Assembly (NCBI RefSeq): GCF_000738915.1
Contig: NW_026515637.1
Location: 496,001-560,000, forward strand
DNA length: 64,000 nt
Direction: 5' to 3'
Source: Nematocida ausubeli
Taxonomy: Eukaryota
Shown here: positions 1 through 10,144 of the stretch, piece after piece
Layout: each line of letters opens with the position of its first letter
Numbering within the stretch: the stretch's first letter is position 1
Translations under genes and position numbers: made by a program
The notes under the pieces: generated by a model
What the model was told of the DNA's origin: nothing
The model's input: the letters and a program-made list of their open reading frames with translations, nothing else
Databases searched by the model: none

Positions 1-591
1 ACATAATTGCAATTAGCTGGTTAATTAAAGTGAAATTAAAAGCAGACAGGCCTGTCAAATGAGTTAGTCAATGTGTGCACTCTCTTAGGGTTATCCTGTA
101 ACTAAACCACGAAAGTGCGCATTAAATGATAAAATGTGATAAATATGTCTTTATAAAGACTATGCACTATAAAGGCAATAATACTAATAGACTATCATTC
201 AAGTATATTTGAAGCTAGATGTCTAAGTTTATAATAAACCCACGTGTTAACTCAGATTATTCCATTTACAGTAAAACTATCTTTCTTCAGGAGACAAAAT
301 ATATGCAATGCATATGGCTATGCATAAACATCAGAAGCAGTACTATTTTATGTACTTGTCACTGGATACATCAAAAATCTAGCTAGTAATAATCCAAGAA
401 ATAACCAAAAAGATATACATAATGCATGTAATATATGTATAATACGCAGTATATGGGCATCTGTATTGTTTAAATATCACTATATGCTTATATACCACTG
501 TACTTAGAATAAGCTTAAATGTGCTAAATTTCATTGCTAGAATGCATTTACTACAGCAATGTACTTATAATAATACAAGGAGAAAAAATTT

Positions 592-1857
592 ATGCCGGAA
601 GATGAGTTTATGCGAACAGAGTTCTCGCTGGATGAGTATCTTAGCAAGATACTAGCAGATGCCTCTGGGGAGTGCGCGCGCCTTAAGGACCAACATGTGC
701 GTATGCTGTCGCACCATGCAGAGGCACTTTCTTGCGATATGCGAAATAAAAAACAGGAAATTAGAGAAGGACTATGCACCTTAGCGGCTCTAACAGAAGA
801 GGCCCGCCGTATATCACTTGAGCTCCCAGAACTCTTTCTTCCACTTCTTGCAACAGAAGACCCGCACAAAGATGAAATGCACTCTGCGCTTGAAAGTGAG
901 GTGCAGGCACTCCATGGGGATGCATCTATTTCAGAGGGCCGCTTTCTAAAGCATAAAGAGCACGTGACTGTTACTATAGACAGAGTGTCATATGAGGGGG
1001 TGCTTCTTGTATGTGCAGATATTCTTATAGTGGGAATAAAGACAAATGACGGATGGGAGATGTACAATGCACTTCTTATTAAAGAAATACAGTGTCGCAT
1101 TGAAGAAGATATTCTTGCTATTACACTGCCCCCTATTCGTCTTGAAATTACAAAAGCAGAAAATACGCTAAAGCATCTACTCAATAAGATACACGGCACA
1201 AACTCACAGAAAAGCACACCTCGTGATAGAAGCATATCAGATAAAGATGCAAATAATAAGGCAGATGATGCTGACAAAGAGGCATATGCTGACTTTCTCT
1301 TGCAAATTGGGCAAGTGCAGACTGCAGACCCCTCAATAGAAAATCTTCTCCAGAAAATAGAAGAGGCGCATAAAAGAGGAAAGTGGAAAGAAAGTAGTCT
1401 TCTGCAGGCACTTAAAAGGAAAAGTATTTCAGCTGCTGTGCAGGCATACTGCACTCTTGAGAAGCCTGTGCTATACAGAGAAATAGATGCATCTCTTAGA
1501 AGAAAGGAGCCATTGATAGATATTTTGCAGACTCTGCATGATCTAATAGCGCATTATATTTTGGGAGTAGAAAAGGTGTTTCCTGAGCCAGCTGCATACG
1601 GGTATATTGCAGTCCATCTAGAGGAAATACATGAGCGCACAGCAAGATTGGTGTATAGGCTCTTTTATTTGTGCAGCGCATCAGAGGAGGAGAGTGTCGC
1701 ATTCAATGCCGCCTTAATAAAGGCATTTACTTATGACGGGTACTCGTATGGGTATACAGCAAGAATAGGCGAAGAAGTACGCAAGGACCTCCTTAGAAGT
1801 AAATATGCGTTCAATAAACAAGTAATGCAGAATATATTCAAGAAAATACAGCTATAG
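592..1857 (+). CDS. Probable exocyst subunit Exo84/EXOC8-like protein (421 aa)
   Basis: N-terminal 'FSLDEYLSKIL' plus coiled coil (Vps51/Exo84-type), then a PH-like beta region ('GRFLKH...VLLVCADILIVG'), then a helical C-terminus; this domain order matches Exo84. Confidence 0.55.
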   Translation: MPEDEFMRTEFSLDEYLSKILADASGECARLKDQHVRMLSHHAEALSCDMRNKKQEIREGLCTLAALTEEARRISLELPELFLPLLATEDPHKDEMHSALESEVQALHGDASISEGRFLKHKEHVTVTIDRVSYEGVLLVCADILIVGIKTNDGWEMYNALLIKEIQCRIEEDILAITLPPIRLEITKAENTLKHLLNKIHGTNSQKSTPRDRSISDKDANNKADDADKEAYADFLLQIGQVQTADPSIENLLQKIEEAHKRGKWKESSLLQALKRKSISAAVQAYCTLEKPVLYREIDASLRRKEPLIDILQTLHDLIAHYILGVEKVFPEPAAYGYIAVHLEEIHERTARLVYRLFYLCSASEEESVAFNAALIKAFTYDGYSYGYTARIGEEVRKDLLRSKYAFNKQVMQNIFKKIQL

Positions 1858-3102
1858 ATTTATTCTCGTGCTGGCACGCTAAATATCCGACGTAAAAAAA
1901 TGAATTTTTGGTCCTGTGAGTTTGTGCGTGGTGAAGTGCTCAAGAAGACTCTTGTCCTTAGTGTAAGATGGAAGTGGTCTTAGAAGTGTGCTCAAGCGGG
2001 CATCTATTTGCTCCTCATTCATGGCTTCTTCTTCGTGCATGCTTGGAGAGAAGATTTGCTCTTTATTTATTGCATGTGATCATAAGTGATGCGATTCATA
2101 TACTAGAGAAGACATCTAAAGAGCAAATATATTTCAGCATAAGCAGTTTTTTGTCTAATTAGCATACCTGTTGTGTGTGTTTTTTAATGGGTCTGCAGTA
2201 TTCTAGGAGTACTATGTAGCCATACAAAGTATCTTAAAGTCTGTATAGTGTAGAATAGAAATATATTCAGAGTAAATGCACTCTGTGATTAAGATCTTAT
2301 AAATAAAGTGCTAGATGGAATGTTCTTAAATTTTAGAATATATGCAGCAGCATAGATAGAATATAAAGTGTTATATGCTTGGGTAGTAAATGAATATATT
2401 CATAAAAGACATCTTTCTTTGCAAGGAGAAGTCTGCATAGATTTATTAAAAGTGCTATTCTATAGATTTATATGTGCATATTTCACTTCTTTCATTTATG
2501 ATATTTTTATGGAAATCCTTCTGTCCATATAATAGAAGCCCAATTAACTTTTTATTTCCTATGGACTCTACTATGAGCAATATTTAAACTACGTGTAGAT
2601 TCAAAAGTCACATTTATAATGAATTAACACACATAGAACAAGACATAGATAATATACAGGCAGATCGAATATATTCAAATCTCTGTTTAACATAACTCAC
2701 ACTCCTTTGACAACTACTTTATCTATTCAGACTACTATCTCCTTACTGGAATACTGCCCTCTTTCAGGCAGGTCAGTTAGTTTAGTTAGAATTTAATTAA
2801 GCTAATTAAATGTGCAATTTACCATAAATAGCTAAAACACTTATGGCTGCTCTATATTAAAAAATCATTTAATTTCACATTGCAGTGAACAAATAGCTAG
2901 CAGCCCATAGTGATATAACCTGAATTTAAATATAGAATGAGACTTTTTAAACTCTAATTAGTCACTTTCATGTGCTTCAAACTATAAAACATGCATAAAG
3001 TGATTTTAAAGTATATTAGAATGCCCAATAATTAGTAATATATTGTGCATTGGATGAAAAAATTATCATGCACTATAAATCATCATATTTTTTTCATATT
3101 AA

Positions 3103-4710
3103 ATGAAAATCAGTTATAATCAATGGGACCGCATATTCAAACATGCTTGGATGAATATAACAAACAGAAATACAGATATTGGAGAGACAGAAAAACAAAT
3201 AGTGCGTATTCTATCCAGCAGCAACCCAGACAGAATAAGACTGGACTTTAAAGAAGTGACCATCATTATTGAAAAATGCATTCAATCTTTAATACTTGCA
3301 TTGGAGGACATGGAAACAGAAGAATCATTTTATCTGGCAAATATTGTTTCCTTCAATATGAAAATTATTCTGCAAGATATAATAGACTCTTCAAAGCTGA
3401 GCAGCATATGTGCTCTTCCTCCTAATAGAAGATATTCATACTTGGTAAAGACACTTTCCGAAAAAGTCAGTTACTTAGCTGATTTATGCTTATACAACGG
3501 GAAAATATCTTCAAATGAGCATGCATTGAATATACATGGGCTATTACTTGAGAAGGCATCCATACTATATGTAAATACTCTGACTATATTTAAAAAAGCA
3601 TACTGGGAGGATACTCTTGCTTTGCTGGAAAATAAGTTTAAAAACTGCACGGATTTTGAGAATATTCCAGCAGCTAATGAAGAAGACTTTACAAATGTGC
3701 TGCAGTGCAAAGTAACTGTGATACAAATGCTTAATGAGCTGGATGGATACTGCAAGAGGATATGTACAAGCCCAATTGATGAGAACTCTCTTAGAAAGAA
3801 GTACTATATGGGGAATATTGCAAAGGTTAGGCTTCTTCTGCAGAGATGGGATGATTTCCCCTTTATATCAGAGAACATTATGTTCTTGAATAGCATAGAG
3901 ATAATGCATGAAATTCTGCCCATTCTTCAGCAAAGAAAGCAGAAAAATTCTTTCTCTGAGAGCAAAACTCTGCTTCAGTGGCTGTCCAGATATAAAGAAA
4001 CTCTTCTAGGCGTACAAGGAAATATCCATGCACAGAAACCCTTAGAAAGAGAACAATCTATTTCTAATGAAGTGGCGAATAGAGGCAGAATATCTTGTAT
4101 AAATGACACACTGCATGCAGTAAACTATGCCTATCAGGAGGTGCTTGGCGAGTACAATAGAAAAATATGGATTACTCTGAAAAATGTGGCATCTGTCCTT
4201 CTTGTGTGCTTTCTTGTAATTTTTGGAGGAAGTGCTGCATATTGGACACTAACTTATGGCATATGCATATATGATATGCAGTATGCGCTGTATATGCATT
4301 TCATGGATATGTACATTGAAACATTCACTTTATTTGCAAGTGCTTTTGTAACTAATTTTATCCTGTGTGCATACTATTTCTATGAAGTAGCACCAAAAGA
4401 CATCTACCTGTCTCTAGCTCTCTACTGTCTAGTTCTAATAGGGTATATATTGATGTGCTTCCTTGTGGGCCTAGAGCCATTGAATTTACGCATATTCCAG
4501 AATGCAGTGCGTGTGTGCGATGTTTTAATTGCCTTTTTAATTATTTCTTGCTCGATTGTGCATGCATATGCGAATTGCGTAACTACAAAACAAAGTTCCA
4601 TTCGAAAATACAGTATAACTGGCATCACACTTTTTGCTATTTCTGCAATGTTCTGTGTATATTATGTGGCCTCACAGAAACATATGCATACTCTAGTATC
4701 TGTTATATAA
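3103..4710 (+). CDS. Lineage-specific membrane protein with a helical N-terminal region and about 5 C-terminal TM helices (535 aa)
   Basis: Long ORF; hydrophobic segments from residue ~360 onward; same architecture as 10145..11638. Confidence 0.8.
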   Translation: MKISYNQWDRIFKHAWMNITNRNTDIGETEKQIVRILSSSNPDRIRLDFKEVTIIIEKCIQSLILALEDMETEESFYLANIVSFNMKIILQDIIDSSKLSSICALPPNRRYSYLVKTLSEKVSYLADLCLYNGKISSNEHALNIHGLLLEKASILYVNTLTIFKKAYWEDTLALLENKFKNCTDFENIPAANEEDFTNVLQCKVTVIQMLNELDGYCKRICTSPIDENSLRKKYYMGNIAKVRLLLQRWDDFPFISENIMFLNSIEIMHEILPILQQRKQKNSFSESKTLLQWLSRYKETLLGVQGNIHAQKPLEREQSISNEVANRGRISCINDTLHAVNYAYQEVLGEYNRKIWITLKNVASVLLVCFLVIFGGSAAYWTLTYGICIYDMQYALYMHFMDMYIETFTLFASAFVTNFILCAYYFYEVAPKDIYLSLALYCLVLIGYILMCFLVGLEPLNLRIFQNAVRVCDVLIAFLIISCSIVHAYANCVTTKQSSIRKYSITGITLFAISAMFCVYYVASQKHMHTLVSVI

Positions 4711-5244
4711 GACAGCCCAGATGTATTATTCTATTCTAATTAATCCAGCAAATATATACATCAGTATAAGAATAGAAATAATTCATTACATACCTTCTAA
4801 TAGTTGTATAAAGTAGGGTAGAGCGCCTTTAAGAGCATTCTTCATAACACTTCAATCTGAAGTTCTGTCTCCATGACCATTTGCACAATTTAAAGAAGTG
4901 GTCTATCGCTTAATGTGCCTATTTACATCTATAGAGACTAAATATATGTATTTCCATGATATTTACGAATAAACCATATTCCTCATTTTGTAAGTGCTGG
5001 TTCTTTTTTATACTCAGCCATATTATTTTTCTAGTGAAATTCACAAGATATTATAAAAGTCGCTGCTGCCCTAGGATATCCAGGCTGCAGAAAAACACTT
5101 GAGAAGCTATTATAAATTTAACCTATGTGTGCAGGCAGGGCTGGTTATTTGTAGATTAACTATATATTTATTCTTTATGCGTTATGTTCAGTCTTCCGCA
5201 TTGGCAAAGAGCACCTTTACCCGCGTGAAATTTCTTCACTTGGG

Positions 5245-5766
5245 TTATATTGAAGAATTGCTAGAAGAGTCCTTTCTTCTACTTGTTTGTAGTGATATAA
5301 AATATCTTGAGGAAAGTAGTTTGTTTAGTGGATACTTCTTCTCTCTGTCTTTACTGCCTAATATCAGGGCTCCTTTATGCAGATGCTTTACTACGCCTAT
5401 CTCAAACAGCTCTCCCTTTTCTATTCTCACTGTATCTCCTTCTACTATCACCTGCTTCTTAATGACAACCATGGTCTTGCCATCCGGAAGGATGTGTATG
5501 TATTTATCTGATTTGACTCCAAATATTTCAGCTAGATCACTTTCAGCCTCTTCTTCAGTGCATCCTCTAAAAGGTTTGTCGGAGTGGCTTCTTCTCCTAA
5601 CTCTTTTTGTATCATCATCCTCCTTTGAGTTGCACAACGTAGTGTCGTTTGATATAAGAGCATCTGTGAGTTTCTGGTGTCTTTCCTCCAATCTTTTCTC
5701 TCCCAGCTCCATTTTCTTTTTTTGCTGCGCCATTATCTTTTGGAGCCCTGCTGTTATTGCAGCCAT
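5245..5766 (-). CDS. Putative Sds3/BRMS1-like (Sin3-HDAC complex) protein (173 aa)
   Basis: N-terminal coiled coil, 'TEEEAESDLAEI' helix and a C-terminal beta-rich domain ('GDTVRI...GVVKHL...YPLNKLLSSRYFI') resembling the SUDS3/BRMS1 C-terminus. Confidence 0.45.
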   Translation of the reverse strand: MAAITAGLQKIMAQQKKKMELGEKRLEERHQKLTDALISNDTTLCNSKEDDDTKRVRRRSHSDKPFRGCTEEEAESDLAEIFGVKSDKYIHILPDGKTMVVIKKQVIVEGDTVRIEKGELFEIGVVKHLHKGALILGSKDREKKYPLNKLLSSRYFISLQTSRRKDSSSNSSI

Positions 5767-7032
5767 CCTAGTAAAAACATTTGCAATTTTATTTTACTAA
5801 ATACTGTAATAAAGACACATTTCCAGGGTACGATGCATCTTGTATCTTATGCACCAGCAGGTAAATAATGCACATTCTATATCAATAGTATTTTAAGTGC
5901 ATACGCTAGCTTTTCTCATTGTCTGTAGCCTTATATATGATGCATCTAAGGGGCACGTTATAGAAATGTTTTCTATAAATGAAATTTGAGCTAGTGCTTA
6001 TTTCTGGCCCTGCACTGAATATAGATACACTCCAATTGTACAGTACATAAAAGGCATGCAACAAACACGTATGCCTAGCACTGCACAATTTCTACATAAA
6101 CTAGCACATATATGCACATAATATTCATAGAAATATTACTACTTGCAGATACTGCTAATTAAATATTGTGCAGTGTTAAATTACTAATATACCTCTATGT
6201 GCACTCTACCTTGTCTATATAATGCCATGGTAGAATCTATATGTATCTTGATGTACTAAGCTATGCTGTGCATTTTTAATTAAAGTACTAGAATAATAGT
6301 CAGCTGGAAGCTCTAGCACACTAGTGTATTTAAATGTGTCTTTATTAGAATCATCCAGCATAGAGACATGGAGCCTTTTCTACGCACTAGCTAGCAAAGA
6401 AGCTGCCTATACTTATTAAATGAAGAGACCTATATACTCCAAATACGCAGTGTATAAAATCATCTTCACAATCCTCTTAGCAGGCTACAGCCATATGCCT
6501 ATGCATAACACTTCTTTTAGATATGCTTGAATAATATATGCTTAAAATATACTAGGCGGCTTATCTGTCAGCTATTCTCTTCTTATAGAACTGTTTAAAC
6601 AATAGAATAAGTTACATGCCAAAATCCTTTTATACACACTAATCTATTCTCTACAGTAGTTTATTGAAGACTAATTGCAAAGGCATTTCTACATAAATAA
6701 TAAACACATAAAAGCAGACACACGGTAATATGCCATGCAGGAGAGCGCATTTACATAATTCTTCTAGAATATACACCGCATGCATCTATCTAAATCCTGC
6801 TGTGCGTACTTCCTCTGTTTTGAATGGTTGTTTTGCTGATTTTTTCTTTCTGCACTTTCTGCATTTTTTATATTTTTGCATGATCACTGATTTTTAAAGC
6901 GTATCTTTTTATTATGCATATTTATGCTAGTATACAGATTTGGTTCTGAAAAAGGAAAATCATTTAAATCTTTCAGTGTGTAAATACGCGGATAAAACAA
7001 AGCATAGCCCAGAAACCTTGTGCTTTTCTTTT

Positions 7033-7680
7033 CTATATCCCCAGCTCTCGGTTGTTAAGATGCGTATTGGTGATTTTTATCTTTCTGTGGTACTTTTTCT
7101 TCTTCTGGATGGGAATCGCCTTTCTTGCAGGCTTCTCTTGTGAAATGTTCATGGTCATTCCTGCATTCATTAGCTTTTTGGCAAGCTCCCGTGGCTCTGG
7201 AACACTTACCTCCTCATATAGCTTTATGATTACTGGGTCCACGTTTTTTATATTCATTGAGTTGTAGAAAATAGTTGATGAGCCATCAATGTCCTTCAGA
7301 ACAATTGCTTGGTTTTTCTGGACCAGGCTGTCTATGAATGGCGTGATGTCGTTGCTTCTATCAAGCAGCTCCTCCACAGGAATTCCGTGCTCTGAATTTG
7401 TTTTTTTAAGTATTTCTAGCAACTCTTCTTCGCTCTCAATTTTATGCAGAGGGATGAACCGAAGAGTCTTTCCTTCTATGACAAGTCTTTGATTCTTCAC
7501 TAATAGGTCAAACAGCCCAGGCGTACTCTCTATATTTATGCCTGTCTCCAGCTCAATCTCCTTGAAGGACAGTGGCCTGTTGCACTTTTTAATTGCAGTC
7601 AGAATGGTGTGTATGTATATGTTGCTGTGCCGCGAGCTTGGATCTCCTGCACTTAGCTTTGCATACGTGGTTTTATCCAT
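7033..7680 (-). CDS. TFA2: Transcription initiation factor TFIIE beta subunit (215 aa, start MDKTT)
   Basis: Tandem winged-helix pattern ('RPLSFKEI...LVKNQRL...LRFIPLHKIESEEELL...GIPVEEL') and basic C-terminus ending 'KIKITNTHL'; start moved to the ATG at 7680. Confidence 0.9.
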   Translation of the reverse strand: MDKTTYAKLSAGDPSSRHSNIYIHTILTAIKKCNRPLSFKEIELETGINIESTPGLFDLLVKNQRLVIEGKTLRFIPLHKIESEEELLEILKKTNSEHGIPVEELLDRSNDITPFIDSLVQKNQAIVLKDIDGSSTIFYNSMNIKNVDPVIIKLYEEVSVPEPRELAKKLMNAGMTMNISQEKPARKAIPIQKKKKYHRKIKITNTHLNNRELGI

Positions 7681-7700
7681 AATGAAAAAATTTACACACA
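7681..7700. promoter_or_regulatory. 20-bp bidirectional intergenic spacer with a central AAATTT palindrome
   Basis: aatgaaaaaatttacacaca lies between divergent ATGs at 7680(-) and 7701(+); AAATTT-like motifs are known near microsporidian start codons. Confidence 0.5.
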
Positions 7701-9413
7701 ATGAATTCCTCATACAATGAATTAGAAGAAGCCCCTGGCTCACCCCCGAGAGGGCCCCCCGCCGAGAAAAATAAGACTGCAGGGCAAGCCACAAAAAAGA
7801 CTGACCTGTATATTAAGTTTTCTAATGAGGATGTGGCAGGTCTAATTTTCTACCACAACACAGGTGGGCTCTACCCAGTAGGAGCAAGCTACTCCCAGCG
7901 CGAAAGAATTAAACATCTGGCACCAAAGGTGTACACAGAGGGGGATACTTTGTTCATTAAAAATCTCCAAGGCGACCCTTTGATTGTTGTATCGTGCGAA
8001 GACCTAAACACAATACGCGACTTATTCTGGAAGTACCACGGCGAAATGCACCGGCCTACAATAGAAATATTCAAGTTCATACAAAAAAAGTACTATGGAA
8101 TACCCTTTAAGGCTGTCACACCGTGGCTGCATATGTGCCCAGCCTGCAGAAACGTAATAATCCATGCAAAGTACCAGAAGGTAGTTCAAGACGTAGTGAA
8201 GGTTATTCGGGAGCCATGGTTTGCAATCTGTGTGTATCTTGTGCCCTGGAGTGACTTAGTTCCAGCAAAAGGAGGGTATATTCTTTTTGTCATGGATATA
8301 TATTCTAGGTTTACACTTTTCAAAGAGCTGCCATATTTTGATACTGACGTAATACAGGAGTATATGTACAGCCTGTTCATGACGTACGGTGTGCCTGAGA
8401 TAGCAAAACTCCCAGGAAAGGAGCTGAATATCCCAGAGATAATTAACTTCTTTCAAGAGACGCACAGAGTGCAGGTAGTGAACTCAGAAGAGCATCCAGA
8501 GCACTTTATCTCAGAGACCACGGAGGCACCAAAGATGCAGGTCTCGTGGCTTCTCGTTGAAATGGGCAAGATGCCAAATACTTCGCCACATGCAGCACTA
8601 AAAGAAATCATATACACACAGAACTTCACATCATGCGAAAAGGGAGGAAAGAAGATCAAAGGAAACAGAGCCCCAGCAAATGTATTTTTCCGGCGGATTG
8701 TTAATAATATTAACCGAAGGCCCAGAAGCACAATAAAAAAATACAAAATACTTCGGGCAGACCTTCCTTCACTCATTGATCTCCTGCCAGAAGACCCTGT
8801 AGAGACAAAATCCAAGAGACAACAGGACAAAAAAGACAATAGTACTTCCTCGCACCAGAATAGAAAAAGAATTAAGAGTGACAGAGAAATAGAAGCAGAA
8901 ACCCGGCCATCTGCAGATATACGGGAGCACCTAACACTCTACGACCCAAGCCACAGAGAAAACTCTAGGCTGGAGGCACCCAATGGGTACTCACATTTCT
9001 TAGAGCACAGTGGAGGTGATCACCAAAAAGGAAAGCTAGTCTGCGTTGCCACACCAGGGTCTGTCAGCAAGGAGCCAGTGCCGGCTGAATGTATAGAGCC
9101 GCCCAAAATACTGAAGTACGCAAAGGAGAATGATTGGCCAATTGACCCTCCTGAAAGAACTCACTTGTGGGCGCGGAACATGGACCCTTCAAAGATTGAG
9201 TTCCTTCCAGGCCGGTACTGGATCATCAAACAAGCAGAAGAGGCCTATGGCCACTGGAAGCTATACAACGTGGACACGAAAGAGGTTATTACAGTCCCAC
9301 AGGATAGGATATTCGAGGCTAAAAAGTCTGTTGTAAAAGAGAGCAGGCACCTGATTTCCTTTTTATTTAAGAAGTTCTTTAATGAATGTGATAACTCAGG
9401 GAATGCTCAATAG
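7701..9413 (+). CDS. Integrase-derived protein (gypsy/Ginger/KRBA2-like): HHCC zinc finger, degenerate rve core, GPY/F-like C-terminal module (570 aa)
   Basis: 'YHGEMH...CPAC' zinc motif; 'PWFAICVYLV...YILFVMDIYSRF...YGVPEI...PANVFFRR' core; 'GRYWII...WKL...VPQDRI' tail; no LTR or TIR seen. Confidence 0.75.
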   Translation: MNSSYNELEEAPGSPPRGPPAEKNKTAGQATKKTDLYIKFSNEDVAGLIFYHNTGGLYPVGASYSQRERIKHLAPKVYTEGDTLFIKNLQGDPLIVVSCEDLNTIRDLFWKYHGEMHRPTIEIFKFIQKKYYGIPFKAVTPWLHMCPACRNVIIHAKYQKVVQDVVKVIREPWFAICVYLVPWSDLVPAKGGYILFVMDIYSRFTLFKELPYFDTDVIQEYMYSLFMTYGVPEIAKLPGKELNIPEIINFFQETHRVQVVNSEEHPEHFISETTEAPKMQVSWLLVEMGKMPNTSPHAALKEIIYTQNFTSCEKGGKKIKGNRAPANVFFRRIVNNINRRPRSTIKKYKILRADLPSLIDLLPEDPVETKSKRQQDKKDNSTSSHQNRKRIKSDREIEAETRPSADIREHLTLYDPSHRENSRLEAPNGYSHFLEHSGGDHQKGKLVCVATPGSVSKEPVPAECIEPPKILKYAKENDWPIDPPERTHLWARNMDPSKIEFLPGRYWIIKQAEEAYGHWKLYNVDTKEVITVPQDRIFEAKKSVVKESRHLISFLFKKFFNECDNSGNAQ

Positions 9414-10144
9414 ATTGCAAAGAGCATTGTAACATTCAGTCCTCTGCAGCCTTAGACTTTTTCCCGAAGAAACAGAAAACTTTACATACTTTTATTCTGT
9501 AGTAGCTTCCAAGCTGCAAATTAGAACCAATGACTTAAAAAGCAGACTATTTGCTTGGGCTATATTTTGGAATCCCTTTTGGAAGAGCAGAAAAGCAATT
9601 TAGACACCAAACAGAAGTACTTTAAAATAAATATTCCTTCAAATCCGAGTCTAAATGTATCCTTGTCTATCTTGGCAGCAAAAAAGACAAATCTTGCATA
9701 ACTGAGTGCATTAAAGTGCTGCGCTTTTGAAAATATAAAGCTGCACTGGTTAAATATTATAAGGGCTTGGCAACTGCACACTTCGGCATGCAATTTATCT
9801 AGAAGTTAATTATAATTCGTTCTTTTATACTTTTAATATACACGGTTTATTGCAAAATAAACTTCTGGTTATATTTATACTTCTTGCGAATATGACAGTA
9901 TAAATTAAATAATTAAAATTACATTTCATGCACAGGCTGTGCACAATTGGCCTCCAAGCAGCACTGTTTTGTGGTATAAATAGCGGCGCATGCACAGAAT
10001 GCTCTTTTCAAACACAAATATATCTGTATTCCAAATGATCACCATTGGAGCTAAATAAAAACATAAGAAGCAGTTTAAAGTAAATATACATGAAATTAAA
10101 AATACCAAAATAAAAATCTTGTTTAACAAAAAGTAAAGACTGCT

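Noticed and set aside
537..1454. 305-aa - strand ORF (also 5099..5800, 13254..13910 and 48422..49099)
   Set aside because: Antisense to better-supported genes, with Ser/Leu/Phe-rich shadow composition
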